Part shown: positions 40,398 to 50,719 of the stretch, piece by piece
How the letters are laid out: every line of letters begins with the position of its first letter
Numbering within the stretch: position 1 is the stretch's first letter
Assembly (NCBI GenBank): GCA_963758635.1
Contig: CAVWWD010000008.1
Span: 1 to 64,000, forward strand
DNA from: an uncultured Candidatus Rokubacteria bacterium
Lineage (GTDB): Bacteria; Methylomirabilota; Methylomirabilia; Rokubacteriales; CSP1-6
Direction: 5' to 3'
Length of the DNA: 64,000 nucleotides
Program-made: the position numbers and the translations under genes
Notes under the pieces: generated by a model
What the model was told of the DNA's origin: nothing
What the model saw: the letters and a program-made list of their open reading frames with translations, nothing else
Databases searched by the model: none

Positions 40398-42653
40398 TCA
40401 ACGGAGCAGCCGGGAGACGGCCGCGGGGTCGAGGGGCAGCTCGGTGATGGAGCCGGCGCCGGGTCCGAGGGCGTCCCGGACCGCACCGGCGATGGCCGCG
40501 CCGAGGCCGGGGTTGCCGCACTCGCCGAGGCCGCGCAGGCCGAGCGGATTGGTCTTCGCGCGCACTTCCTGGTAGAAGCCGTCCACCGGCGGGACGTCCG
40601 CGGCCCACGGCAGCGCGTAGTCCATCAGCGTGCCCGAGGCGAGCTGGCCCGCCGCGTCGTAGGCGAGCGACTCGTGCAGCGCGTTGCCGATGCCGAAGGC
40701 GACGCCGCCCACGAGCTGCGCGTCGACCAGCGCGGGGTTGACGGCGCGGCCCACGTCGGCGCCCACGACGACCCGGCGGAGCTGGAGCACGCCGGTCTCG
40801 GTGTCCACGTCCAGCACGACCGCGCAGGCGCAGCCCGCGTACGTGACCTTCGGCACCTCGAACGAGGCCCCGGCGGCGAGGCGCCGGTCCGCGGCCAGCT
40901 CGGCGAGCGTCACGCTCCGGGCGCCCGCCGACACGACGCCGCGCGCGTAGGACACCGCGTCCGCCGCCACGCCCCACCGCTCCGACGCGCGTGCGCGGGC
41001 GTCGGCCACCAGCTTCTGCGCGGCGAGGGCCGCGGCGTTGCCCGCGGTCACCGTGCCGCGCGAGCCGTAGGTCCCCACGCCGCTCTCGACGGCGGCGGTG
41101 TCGGCGTGACGCACGTCGAAGCGGACGGCGGGTAGGCCGAGCGCGTCGCCGAGGATCTGGGCCAGGACCGTCTCGAGCCCGGGCCCCATCGACGAGGCGC
41201 CGGTATCGACCGCGAAGGTGCCGTCGGGCCGGGCCTCGACCTGGGTCGTCTCGAAGGGGCCGAGGCCGGTCTTCTCCACGTAGACGGCGAGCCCGATCCC
41301 GCGGCGGAGCGGGCCGCCGCGCGCGTTGACGGCGGCCTGCTCCTCGCGCGCGCGCCGGTAGTCGAGGCGCTCGATCAGCTCGGCGAACAGCGCGGGGAAG
41401 TCGCCCGAGTCGTAGACCGTCTTGACCCCGAAGGACGTGGTCCCGACCTCGTAGGGCATCTCGTCGGCGCGGACCAGGTTCCGCCGGCGCAGCTCCGCCG
41501 GGTCCACGCCGAGGCGCGCCGCCGCCTCGTCCATCAGGCGCTCGCGCACGAAGTTGCACTCGGGACGGCCGGGCGAGCGCAGCGTGCCCGCCGGCGTCTT
41601 GTTGGTGACCACGCTCCAGAGGTCGCACGCGTAGGCGGGCACGCGGTACGGGCCGGGCAGGAGCGAGGCGCCGAACTCCGCCGGCACCAGCGCGGCGGTG
41701 CGCACGTACGCGCCGATGTCGGCGTGGATCACCGCGCGCATCCCCACGATGCCGCCGTCGGCGGCGAAGGCCATCTCCGCCTGCCACGTCGTCTCGCGGG
41801 CGTGGTTGGCGGCCATGAGGTTCTCGCGCCGCGTCTCGATCCACTTCACGGGCCGGCCGAGCTTCATGGCGGCCAGCGGCACGAGGATGTCCTCCGGGTA
41901 GAGCTCGCCGCGGACGCCGAAGCCGCCGCCCACGTCCACCTCGGTGAGCCGGAGGGCGCCCAGCGGGATGCCGAAGATCGGCGCGAGGATCGTGCGGTTG
42001 ATGTGGATGCACTTGGTCGAGCCGATGAGGTGGAGCTCCCCGCCGCGCGGATCGGGGGGGACGGCGAGGAGCCCGCGCGTCTCCAGCGCGGCGGCGGTCT
42101 GCCTCGGGTGGCGGAAGGTCTCGCGCACCACCAGGTGGGCGCCGGCGAAGGCGGCCTCGGCGTCACCGACGCGCATCGTGATCGTCGCCACGTTGTTGGT
42201 GTCGGTGCCCGCGTGCAGGCGCGGCGCCCCGGGCGCGAGCGCGGCGGCCACCGACGCGCACGCGGGCAGCGGCTCGTAGACCACGTCGACGCGATCGGCG
42301 GCGTCGCGCGCCACGTAGGGATCGTCCGCGACGACCAGCGCCACCGGCTCGCCGGCGTAGCGGACCACCGTCCGCGCGATGGCGGGCTGGAGGTAGCGCT
42401 CGGCGCCCGCGGGCGCGGGCACGCGGTTCGGGATGACCGCGGCGGCGGGGACGTCGGCCCCGGTGAGCACGGCGCGCACGCCCGGCATCTCGCGGGCGCG
42501 CGTGGTGTCGATCGAGGCCACGCGGGCGTGGGCCTCGGGCGAGCGCACGACCACCGCGTGCAGCATCCCGGGCGCGCGGAGGTCCTCCGTGAACCGCCCG
42601 GCGCCCGTCACGAAGCGCTCGCCGCCCAGACGCTGGTGGGACTCGCCGATCAT
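40398..42653 (-). CDS. Xanthine dehydrogenase family molybdopterin-binding subunit (CoxL-like)
   Basis: RFVTGAGRFTEDL, DVGGGFGVRG, GTYGSRG, VNPALVDAQLVGG, GLRGLGE. Confidence 0.92.
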   Translation of the reverse strand: MIGESHQRLGGERFVTGAGRFTEDLRAPGMLHAVVVRSPEAHARVASIDTTRAREMPGVRAVLTGADVPAAAVIPNRVPAPAGAERYLQPAIARTVVRYAGEPVALVVADDPYVARDAADRVDVVYEPLPACASVAAALAPGAPRLHAGTDTNNVATITMRVGDAEAAFAGAHLVVRETFRHPRQTAAALETRGLLAVPPDPRGGELHLIGSTKCIHINRTILAPIFGIPLGALRLTEVDVGGGFGVRGELYPEDILVPLAAMKLGRPVKWIETRRENLMAANHARETTWQAEMAFAADGGIVGMRAVIHADIGAYVRTAALVPAEFGASLLPGPYRVPAYACDLWSVVTNKTPAGTLRSPGRPECNFVRERLMDEAAARLGVDPAELRRRNLVRADEMPYEVGTTSFGVKTVYDSGDFPALFAELIERLDYRRAREEQAAVNARGGPLRRGIGLAVYVEKTGLGPFETTQVEARPDGTFAVDTGASSMGPGLETVLAQILGDALGLPAVRFDVRHADTAAVESGVGTYGSRGTVTAGNAAALAAQKLVADARARASERWGVAADAVSYARGVVSAGARSVTLAELAADRRLAAGASFEVPKVTYAGCACAVVLDVDTETGVLQLRRVVVGADVGRAVNPALVDAQLVGGVAFGIGNALHESLAYDAAGQLASGTLMDYALPWAADVPPVDGFYQEVRAKTNPLGLRGLGECGNPGLGAAIAGAVRDALGPGAGSITELPLDPAAVSRLLR

Positions 42654-42749
42654 CGCGGCCGCATTCTACCCGAGCGCGTGACGGGGCCGTACGAGGACCT
42701 CACGCTGAAGGGGAAGTAGGGCCCGCGCAGTCGGAGCAGCGCGGGCGGG

Positions 42750-45700
42750 CTACGTCGGCAGCCGCCCGAGGACGGCCGCGGCGCGCCCGCGGAGGCGCTC
42801 GATCTTCATCCCGGCGAACTCGTCGCGCGCGCGGGTGAGATCCTCGCGCGCCTCGTCCGGCCGGCCGAGCGCGGCGAGCACCTGACCGCGCCCGAGCCGG
42901 CAGCGCGCGGCGAGCGGTCGCATGCCGAGCTCCTCGGCCAGCGCGAGGGCCTGCGCGTACCACTCGAGCGCGGCGGGGACGGCGTCCGGCTCGCCGCCCG
43001 CCGCGATGTCGCCGTGGAGGTGGAGCGCGCGCGCCTCGTCGCCCCGGGCGCCGCGCGCGCGTGACATCTCCAGGGCCTCCGCGGCGTGGCGCGCGGCCTC
43101 GGCCCGCTGCCCCCCGGCCAGGTGGGCGCCGCCGAGCTGGACCAGGATCAGCGAGTGGCCGTAGAGGAGGTTGATCGCCCCGGCCTCGTCGATGGCCCGG
43201 CGCAGCAGCGGCAGCGCCTCGGCCACCGCGCCGGACTGGTACAGGGCCGAGCCCAGCCCCGAGAGCACGCGCGTGAAGTAGATCGGCACCGTGCCCCCCT
43301 CGCACAGCTCCGCGGCGCGCCGGAGCAGCGGCACCGCGCGATCGAACGCGCCGCGCCCCTGGTGGACGCGGCCCAGGCAGTAGTAGGCCCAGACGCGCTC
43401 CAGCAGGCCGTTCACGTCCTCGGCGACGCGGACGCCCTCCTCGCCGTGCACGATGCCCTCGTCGAAGTCGCCGGTCTGCGCCTGGCAGAGCGCGAGCCAC
43501 GTCCGCGCCGCCACCGACGGCAGGAGCTGCCCGGCGCGCCCGCCGAAGCGCTCGTCGACGGGCCGTCCGGCGAGCGCGTCGAGCGCCCAGCGCGCGCACT
43601 CGATGCCACGGCGGTAGTTGCCGAGGGCGAACTGGGCGCGGGCCACGCCGAACCTCGTCCACAGCGCCTCGGGCGCATCGACGTCGGCCGTGGTCAGGGC
43701 GAGCGCCCGCTCGCCGGCCTCGGCCGCCTCCGCGTAGCGGCCCTCCGAGGCGAGCACGAACGACCGCCCCGTCTCCACGCGCGCGAGCCGCTTGGTGTCG
43801 CCCAGCGCCTCGACCGCGCCGCGCGCGGCCACGAAGGCGGCGAGCGCCGGCGTGAACTGGCCGGCCATGTACAGGGCATGCGCGTACCGGAAGCGCAGCT
43901 CGGCGGTCTGATCGAGCGTCCCGGGCAGCCGGTCGAGCGCGGTCAGGGCCTGCTCGTAGCAGGCGATGGCCTCGCGCCGCGCCCCGCGCGCCGTCGCGAG
44001 CTCGGCCGCCTGCCGCAGGTAGCCGAGCGCCTTGCCCCACGCCCCGCCGTGCGCGGCGTGGTGCGCGAGCTGCTCCACCAGCTCCGGCCGGGCCTCGCCG
44101 CCCGCCTCCTCCAGCGCCTCGGCCACCTTGAGGTGCAGGCCGCGGCGAGGCTCGGCGGGAAGCCCGGCGTAGGCCGCGGCCTGGGTGAGCGCGTGGGTGA
44201 AGGTGTACGCGGCCTGTCCCTGGACCTCGTAGAGGAACTCGGCGGCCCGGAGGCGCGCCAGCGCCTCGCGCAGGGCGGGGCCGGGCAGGTCGACGACACG
44301 CTCCAGCAGCCCCACCGGGACGTCGCGCCCGACCACCGCCGCGCTCTGCAGGAGCTGCTTGTCGCCGGGCGGAAGCCGGTCGATGCGCGCGGCGAGCACG
44401 GCCTGGACGCTATCCGGGATGGCGAGGTCGCCGAGCGTCGCGCCTTGTTCCACCACCGAGCGCACGAGCTCCTCGAGGAAGAACGGATTGCCTTCCGCTC
44501 GCGCGAGGATCTGCTCCTCCACGCCCGGGCGCAGCGCGCTGCCTGCGGCGAGGTGGCGGATGAGCTCGCGGCTCCGATCGGCGCCGAGGGGACGGAGCGC
44601 GATCTGCGTCGCGTACGACTTGTCGAGCCAGCGCGGCCGATACGGCGGCCGGTAGCTCATCACGAACACGATGGGCGCGCCCGCGAGCCGGTCGACGACG
44701 CCGCTGGATAGCTCCTCCGACGTGGGGTCGATCCAGTGCGCGTTCTCCACCACGAAGACGAGCGGCTGGGCCCGGCTGGTACCGAGCAGGACCTGGCAGA
44801 GCGTGTCGAGCGTGCGCTCCTTGAGCGTCCGCGGGTCGACGCCGCCCAGCCGCTCGGCGGCGCCCGGCGCGCCAAGGAGATGGAGGATGTACGGCTCGTG
44901 CTCGTCGGGATCCAGCTCCACGAACTCGAGCCCGAGGCGCACCTTCTCGATCACCACCGGCCAGGCGTCCCGGGGATCGATCAGGAAGTAGGCGGGCAGC
45001 GTGTCGAGCAGCGGTCCGTACGGCGTCATGCTGCCGTACGCGAGGCAGTGTTGCTCCATGTAGCGCACCCCGCGCGGGCGCACACGCTGCCGCAGCTCGA
45101 AGAGCAGCCGCGACTTGCCCGATCCGGGCTCGCCCACGATGCCCACCGCCTGGCCCGCGCCGGCCTCCGCGGCGCGCATGAGCTCCTCCAGCGTCTCCAG
45201 CTCGCGCTCGCGGCCCACGAACGCGGCGAGCGCGCGCTGGGCGCCTCGCGGTCCGCGCTCGCGCGCGGGCCGGAGCGCGGTGAGGGTATGCACCGGCGCG
45301 CCCATCTCCCGCAGGCCGCGCGCCGAGACCTCGCGCGGCTCCAGCGTCGCCCAGCGCTCCGCGTGACGGCTCACCTCGGCGGTGAGGAGGATCTCTCCGG
45401 GCATCGCCTCGGCGATGAGCCGGAGCGGCAGCGAGACGGTGTCGCCGATCGGCAGCACCTGGCGATCGGGGTCGGCCGCGCGCGGATCGACGAGCACCGG
45501 ACCCGAGTGCACGGCGATGCGCATCCGGGGCGGGAGCTCCGGGGCGGCGACGCTCGCGACGATCTCGCGGACGGCCAGCGCGCCCTGGACGGCGCGCTCC
45601 TGGAGCTGGTCCACGGCGCGCGGCACGCCGAAGGCCCAGAGCATGAGGGTCGGACCGGCGCGGAGCGGCACGCCGCCCAGGCCGCCGAGCTTCTCGGCAA

Positions 45701-46907
45701 TGGCGCGCTCCCATCGCGCCGCCTCCGTCCACGGCTCGTAGCTCGGGGTCTCGCCCGGCCCGGGCTCGGGCCACGTCACCTCGATGGCCACCACGGCGGC
45801 GTGCTTCTGCTCCCAGGCGGGCGCCGTCGTGTCCTGGGGCGGCGCGGTCCGGGCGCGCCGCGAAGCGCGACCGCGGCAGCGCGGGGGCGGCGCCGGCGCC
45901 CGGTGCGGCGCCCCGCGCAGATCCTCGACCCCGGGCCGGCCGATGCCGTGGCGCCGCATGCGATAGCGGATCGTGTCGCGGCTGATGCCGAGCAGGCGCG
46001 CGGCCTTCACCACGTTGCCGCCGGCGCGGGCCAGCGCGGAGCGGATCTCCGCCGCGTCGTCCGCGGCGGGTTCCGCCTCGCCAGCCGCCGCATCCGCGCC
46101 CGGCGAGGTCGGCCGCACCAGGCGCTCGAGGGCGGCGGCGTCCACCTCGGTGCCGGGGTGGAGCAAGGTCACGCGCTCCATCAGGTGGCTCAGCTCGCGC
46201 ACGTTGCCCGGCCAGCGCTGGCGGCGGAGCCACGCCTCGGCATCGTCGGTCAGCCGCCGGCCCGTCGCGCGGTATCCGATCCCGTACCGCGCGAGCAGCG
46301 CGCTCGCCAGCTCCACCACGTCCTCGCCCCGCGCGCGGAGCGGCGGGAGCTCCAGCACCACCACGGCGAGCCGGTGGTAGAGATCCGGCCGGAAGCCTCC
46401 GGTCGCGACCAGCGACTCGAGCTCCTGCTGAGTGGCCACGACCAGCTTCACGTCGACGTCGTGCTCGGCCACCGCGCCGAGCCGCCGCACCCGGCGGCCC
46501 TCGATCGCGGTCAGCAGCTTGGCCTGGAGGGAGACCGCGAGGGAGTCGATCTCGTCGAGGAACAGCGTTCCGCGCTGCGCCGCCTCGAACAGCCCCGCCT
46601 TGCCCCGCTTGGCGTCGGTGAAGGCGCCCGCCTCGTAGCCGAAGAGCTCGGCCTCGAGCATGGTCTCGGGGATCGCCGCGCAATTCACCTGGATGAACGG
46701 CCCGCCGCTTCGAGGACCGCTATCGTGGACGATTCGCGCGACGAGGCCCTTGCCGGTTCCGGTCTCCCCGACCAGCAAGAGCGGCGGCACCGGGGTACCG
46801 ACGGCGTCGAAGGTCACCAGCCGGCGGATCTGCTCCCGCAGCGCCGCCACGGCCGGGGCACGACCCTCGAGGCGATCGGTCGGATGGCTCTCGTCGTTGG
46901 CTGCCAT
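42750..46907 (-). CDS. sigma54-dependent activator (AAA+ and HTH) fused to a degenerate cyclase-like region, AAA_16/STAND NTPase and TPR region
   Basis: GETGTGKG, ELFGYEAGAFTDA, LFLDEID, WPGNVREL, AARLLGISRDTIRYRM; FVGRERE, GEPGSGKSRL, EGNPFFLEE, VLAARIDRL, FTHALTQ. Confidence 0.9.
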   Translation of the reverse strand: MAANDESHPTDRLEGRAPAVAALREQIRRLVTFDAVGTPVPPLLLVGETGTGKGLVARIVHDSGPRSGGPFIQVNCAAIPETMLEAELFGYEAGAFTDAKRGKAGLFEAAQRGTLFLDEIDSLAVSLQAKLLTAIEGRRVRRLGAVAEHDVDVKLVVATQQELESLVATGGFRPDLYHRLAVVVLELPPLRARGEDVVELASALLARYGIGYRATGRRLTDDAEAWLRRQRWPGNVRELSHLMERVTLLHPGTEVDAAALERLVRPTSPGADAAAGEAEPAADDAAEIRSALARAGGNVVKAARLLGISRDTIRYRMRRHGIGRPGVEDLRGAPHRAPAPPPRCRGRASRRARTAPPQDTTAPAWEQKHAAVVAIEVTWPEPGPGETPSYEPWTEAARWERAIAEKLGGLGGVPLRAGPTLMLWAFGVPRAVDQLQERAVQGALAVREIVASVAAPELPPRMRIAVHSGPVLVDPRAADPDRQVLPIGDTVSLPLRLIAEAMPGEILLTAEVSRHAERWATLEPREVSARGLREMGAPVHTLTALRPARERGPRGAQRALAAFVGRERELETLEELMRAAEAGAGQAVGIVGEPGSGKSRLLFELRQRVRPRGVRYMEQHCLAYGSMTPYGPLLDTLPAYFLIDPRDAWPVVIEKVRLGLEFVELDPDEHEPYILHLLGAPGAAERLGGVDPRTLKERTLDTLCQVLLGTSRAQPLVFVVENAHWIDPTSEELSSGVVDRLAGAPIVFVMSYRPPYRPRWLDKSYATQIALRPLGADRSRELIRHLAAGSALRPGVEEQILARAEGNPFFLEELVRSVVEQGATLGDLAIPDSVQAVLAARIDRLPPGDKQLLQSAAVVGRDVPVGLLERVVDLPGPALREALARLRAAEFLYEVQGQAAYTFTHALTQAAAYAGLPAEPRRGLHLKVAEALEEAGGEARPELVEQLAHHAAHGGAWGKALGYLRQAAELATARGARREAIACYEQALTALDRLPGTLDQTAELRFRYAHALYMAGQFTPALAAFVAARGAVEALGDTKRLARVETGRSFVLASEGRYAEAAEAGERALALTTADVDAPEALWTRFGVARAQFALGNYRRGIECARWALDALAGRPVDERFGGRAGQLLPSVAARTWLALCQAQTGDFDEGIVHGEEGVRVAEDVNGLLERVWAYYCLGRVHQGRGAFDRAVPLLRRAAELCEGGTVPIYFTRVLSGLGSALYQSGAVAEALPLLRRAIDEAGAINLLYGHSLILVQLGGAHLAGGQRAEAARHAAEALEMSRARGARGDEARALHLHGDIAAGGEPDAVPAALEWYAQALALAEELGMRPLAARCRLGRGQVLAALGRPDEAREDLTRARDEFAGMKIERLRGRAAAVLGRLPT

Positions 46908-47019
46908 GCGCTGAGCCTTCGCCGCCCCGGTGGGGGTTGCGTGGGAGAAGGCGCACCCATTATTGGGTGAGCCCCACCGCCAATCAAGCTGCGAATCAAA
47001 TAAGTCAGAGACTTGCGAT

Positions 47020-47034
47020 TGGCTCGACTCTTGC
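47020..47034 (+). promoter_or_regulatory. Putative sigma54 (-24/-12) promoter, divergent from the activator gene
   Basis: TGGCTCGACTCTTGC (GG-N10-GC), preceded by an AT-rich aatcaaataagtc IHF-like tract. Confidence 0.6.
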
Positions 47035-47104
47035 CCCTGAGTCTTCCGTGCTTGGGGCCGAATCATGCGGTGTCCACACGTTGCGGGAGCGGGAGGTGAC
47101 CGAC

Positions 47105-47360
47105 ATGGAGACGATCCAGGTCAGCAGACACGGACATGGACGAGACGAAACCGATGCGACTGATCGACGGAAGGCTCGTCGTGTGGCATCCGCTCGACTC
47201 CTGCCCGAGCGCGCGCCAGGCCGAGCCGGCTCCGAGCGCGCCGGCCCGGATCGAGCCGGCGTCGTCAGAGGTCCCGGGAGCCGGCCCGGACGACCCGGAC
47301 AGCACACGGCCCATGCGGATCCTGGGCGCTCCCGACGGCAGGCGCATCGCGCCGAGGTGA
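47105..47360 (+). CDS. Small hypothetical protein (probable +1 frameshift near 47126, or start at 47136)
   Basis: RBS gggaggt before ATG 47105; the frame of 47136..47360 holds the repeated motifs DETKPMR and DSTRPMR. Confidence 0.45.
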
Positions 47361-47378
47361 CGAGATCGCCCGCGGGCG

Positions 47379-47517
47379 TCAGAGCGCCCGGTATACCTCG
47401 GTCTCGAACTCGGCGAACAGGCTCGTGGCCGTGCCGTCGTAGAACGGCAGGAGCTGCGAGAGGAAGACGCCGCACACCTGCTTCGTCCGGTCGATCCAGA
47501 AGTACGTGTTGGCGAGC
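47379..47517 (-). pseudogene. C-terminal remnant of a beta-lactamase-family serine hydrolase
   Basis: LANTYFWIDRTKQVCGVFLSQLLPFYDGTATSLFAEFETEVYRAL*. Confidence 0.7.
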
Positions 47518-47519
47518 GG

Positions 47520-48338
47520 CTAGCCCTTGACGGCGCCGGCCGTCAGGCCGCCCACCATGTACTTGTGCAGGTAGATGTAGCCGATGACGACGGGCAGGGA
47601 CGCCAGCGCGGCAGCGGCCATGAGCTGGCCCCAGAACGCGAAGTCGGAGACGACGAACTCCGAGAGGCCCACGGGCAGGGTCCGGAGGCTGTCGTCGGCG
47701 ATGAAGATCAGGGCGTAGAGGAACTCGTTCCACGACAGCGTGAAGCAGAAGAGGCCGGCGGCGAGGAGTCCGGGCGCGGCCAGGGGCAGCACGATCCGCC
47801 AGAGTGTCTGCAGGCGCGTGGCCCCGTCCACCAGCGCGGCCTCCTCGAGCTCCCGGGGGATCGAGCGGAAGAAGCCCATCAGGAGCCACGTCACGAACGG
47901 CACCAGGAAGGTCGGGTAGGCGAGGATCAGCGTGCCCAGCGAGTTCGTGTAGCCGATCTGGATCAGCGTGCGATAGAGGGGGATGAACATCAGGCCCGGC
48001 GGCACCAGGTACGTGATGAGGACGAGGGCGCCGAAGACGCGCCGCCCGGCGAAGCGCAGGCGCGTCAGCGCGTAGGCCCCGGCGGCGCCGATGACGAGCG
48101 AGAACATGGTGCTCGCCAGCGCGGTCACCGCGCTGTTGCGCAGCCAGAGCAGAAAGCGCGTCTCCTCGAACAGGTAGCGGTAGTTGTCGAGGGTGGCCGG
48201 CGAGGCGACGTAGATGGCCTGCGACATGAGGATCTGGCGCCCCGTCTTGAGCGACGTGACGACGATCCAGTAGAGCGGCACCGCCACCACCACGAGCAGG
48301 AGCGACACGACCAGCCAGCGGAGCACCCGGCCGCTCAC
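47520..48338 (-). CDS. Carbohydrate ABC transporter permease
   Basis: IPRELEEAALVDGA, SWNEFLYA, GLTAGAVKG. Confidence 0.92.
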   Translation of the reverse strand: MSGRVLRWLVVSLLLVVVAVPLYWIVVTSLKTGRQILMSQAIYVASPATLDNYRYLFEETRFLLWLRNSAVTALASTMFSLVIGAAGAYALTRLRFAGRRVFGALVLITYLVPPGLMFIPLYRTLIQIGYTNSLGTLILAYPTFLVPFVTWLLMGFFRSIPRELEEAALVDGATRLQTLWRIVLPLAAPGLLAAGLFCFTLSWNEFLYALIFIADDSLRTLPVGLSEFVVSDFAFWGQLMAAAALASLPVVIGYIYLHKYMVGGLTAGAVKG

Positions 48339-49279
48339 GTCCCGGGCTCCTCGCGATGGAGGTAGCGCACCACGAACACGATGAGCACGGCGATGACGGG
48401 CAGCGAGTACATGCTGGCGGCCATGGCCATGCCCCAGCGCTGGGACTGGATGCCGAGCTCGTAGGAGTACGTGGCGAAGATGTGGGTGGCCGCCCCCGGG
48501 CCGCCGCGCGTCATGATGTACACGATGTTGAAGTCGTTGAGCGTCCAGATGGTGCTGAGCAGGGTGACGATCGCCACCACGCCCTTGATCGAGGGCAGGC
48601 TGACCCGCCAGAACTGCTGCCACGCCGAGGCCCCGTCCACCGAGGCGGCGTCGTAGAGGTCCTGCGGCACCGTCTGCATGGCGGCGAGGAACGACACGCC
48701 GAAGAAGGGGAACCCCCGCCAGACGTTGGCCATGACGACCGAGAGCATGGCGAGGTCGGGGTTGCCCAGCCAGTGGATGCCCGCGCGGATGATGCCGAGG
48801 TCGACGAGGCCCACGTTGAAGAGACCCCGGTAGAGGTCGAAGAGCCAGCGCCAGGTGAGCGCGATCACGACGGTGGGGATGACCCACGGCAGCAGGAGGA
48901 AGCCCCGCAAGAGCTGGCTGCCGCGCACCGCCTTGTGCAGCGCCACCGCCATGACCATGCCGATGACGAGCTTGAGGCAGATGGAGCCGACCGTGAAGAC
49001 GACGCTGTTCCACGCCACGATCCGGAAGCGCGGGCTCTCGTAGAGGGCCACGTAGTTCTTGAGCCCGACGAAGTGCGCCGGATAGCCCACCATCTTCTCG
49101 GTCAGGGACAGCCAGATCGCGTTCACGAAGGGGTACGCGATGAGCCCCACGATGAGGGCCGCGACGGGCGCGATCAGCACGTAGCCGAGCAGCCGCTCCT
49201 GGACGCGGTTCACGCGGAACCACGCGGGCACGGCCGCCCGCGGCACCGAGGCCGCGGGCGAGGACAGGATCTTGCTCAT
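48335..49279 (-). CDS. Carbohydrate ABC transporter permease
   Basis: FVGLKNY, LLPWVIP, LYDAASVDGA, MTRGGPG. Confidence 0.92.
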   Translation of the reverse strand: MSKILSSPAASVPRAAVPAWFRVNRVQERLLGYVLIAPVAALIVGLIAYPFVNAIWLSLTEKMVGYPAHFVGLKNYVALYESPRFRIVAWNSVVFTVGSICLKLVIGMVMAVALHKAVRGSQLLRGFLLLPWVIPTVVIALTWRWLFDLYRGLFNVGLVDLGIIRAGIHWLGNPDLAMLSVVMANVWRGFPFFGVSFLAAMQTVPQDLYDAASVDGASAWQQFWRVSLPSIKGVVAIVTLLSTIWTLNDFNIVYIMTRGGPGAATHIFATYSYELGIQSQRWGMAMAASMYSLPVIAVLIVFVVRYLHREEPGT

Positions 49280-49304
49280 GCGCGTCGTGCGCGGGCGCCG
49301 GGCC

Positions 49305-50600
49305 TCACTTCACGGGCAGGCGGTCGTAGATCTCCTTGATCCGCTTGTCCGCCTCCTCGACCGCCTTGTCCGGCGCCACCTTGTCCACGATGACCCGCGT
49401 CATCATGTCGGTCAGCACGTTGCTCGAGACCACCTCGGCCGCGGCGGGCGTCGTGGGCCCGGGCCAGCCGACGGGCCGTCCGAGCCGCACCGTCTCCGCG
49501 ATGACCTTGCCGTCGGCGGTGTTCCAGTAGTCGTGGTTGATGAGGCTCTTGAACAGCGGCACCGCCTGCTGGAAGGAGCCGGTCATGTACGTGGTGAACT
49601 TGTCCTTGGACATGACGCACGCGACGAGGGCGCGCGCCTCCTTCTGCTGCTTGCCGTCGACGGGGACGCCCCAGTTCATCACGAACGTCAGGGCGAGGTT
49701 CCGGCCCGCCGGCCCCCGCGGCATGATCTTGATCGCGGTGTCCTTGCGCAGCGGGTGCTTGGTCGAGTCCTCCTGGAAGAGGATGCTGGGGCCGTTCGGC
49801 GTGAAGGCGACCTTCCCGGCCATGAACGCCTCGTTGTTCCCGGAGCCCGACCACGACAGGTAGTCGAAGGCCGCCGTCTTGTCGGTGACGTACGCCGGCG
49901 TCACCACCTTGATGGCCTGCACGGCCTTGTCCTTCGGGATGCCGACGTACTTTCCGCTCTTGTCGACCCACGCGGCGCCGTACGACCAGAGCAGGCTCAT
50001 CGCCGGGTCGTAGCCGTCGCCGGTGCGGTTCCACGGGAAGCCCTGGGGGAAGTCCTGGAGCCCGGCCTTCTTGATCTTGATCGAGATCTCGTTGATGGCC
50101 TCCCAGGTGTCGGGCGGCTGGGCGCCCACCTTGTCGAGGAGGTCCTTCCGGTAGAACAGCACCAGCGGGATCGCGTAGTGCGGCACGGCGTAGAACTTGC
50201 CGCCGAACTTCACCGCGCCTTCCGCGTTCTGCGCGAGCTCGCCCAGCTCCTTGGTCACCGTGCCGACCAGGTCGGACACGTCGGACAGGCGCCCGAGGTT
50301 GGCCAGTCGCGCCGGCCCCACCGCGTCGAGCTCGGCCACGTCGGGCAGCGTCTTGCTCTCGATGGCCGCGGTGTACTTGGTCCACATGTCGTCGAAGGTG
50401 TAGGTCTGGATGGCCACCTCGGCGCCGATCTTCTTGCCGCACTCCTGGATGCTCGTGTCGAGGATCTTGTCCGCGGGCGGGATGTAGGTCTTGAGACGCC
50501 ACAGCGTCAGCTTGACGTCCGCGGCCGACGCCGGCTGGAGCGCCAGGGTCAGGGCGAGGACGCCAGCGGCGAGGAGCATCCGTCGGATCAGCTTTGACAT
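49305..50600 (-). CDS. Extracellular solute-binding protein (sugar ABC)
   Basis: Signal peptide MSKLIRRMLLAAGVLAL..ASA, PDVAEL, FYAVP, LFYRKDLL, PPDTWE; RBS aaggag. Confidence 0.9.
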   Translation of the reverse strand: MSKLIRRMLLAAGVLALTLALQPASAADVKLTLWRLKTYIPPADKILDTSIQECGKKIGAEVAIQTYTFDDMWTKYTAAIESKTLPDVAELDAVGPARLANLGRLSDVSDLVGTVTKELGELAQNAEGAVKFGGKFYAVPHYAIPLVLFYRKDLLDKVGAQPPDTWEAINEISIKIKKAGLQDFPQGFPWNRTGDGYDPAMSLLWSYGAAWVDKSGKYVGIPKDKAVQAIKVVTPAYVTDKTAAFDYLSWSGSGNNEAFMAGKVAFTPNGPSILFQEDSTKHPLRKDTAIKIMPRGPAGRNLALTFVMNWGVPVDGKQQKEARALVACVMSKDKFTTYMTGSFQQAVPLFKSLINHDYWNTADGKVIAETVRLGRPVGWPGPTTPAAAEVVSSNVLTDMMTRVIVDKVAPDKAVEEADKRIKEIYDRLPVK

Positions 50601-50719
50601 GGAAGAGCTCTCCTTTGAGCTGAGGATGCTGGGCCGGATGACGCTCTTGTAAGCGCCCGTCGCCGAGCTTGTCAAGTCGCCGGGCGCGACGCTCACGCTA
50701 TGATCTGGTGCCGACACCC

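Noticed and set aside
40398..42653. Aerobic CO dehydrogenase CoxL
   Set aside because: The active-site loop reads TLRSPGR, not AYxCSFR or AYRGAGR, and no coxS/coxM neighbours are present; called a generic Mo-hydroxylase subunit
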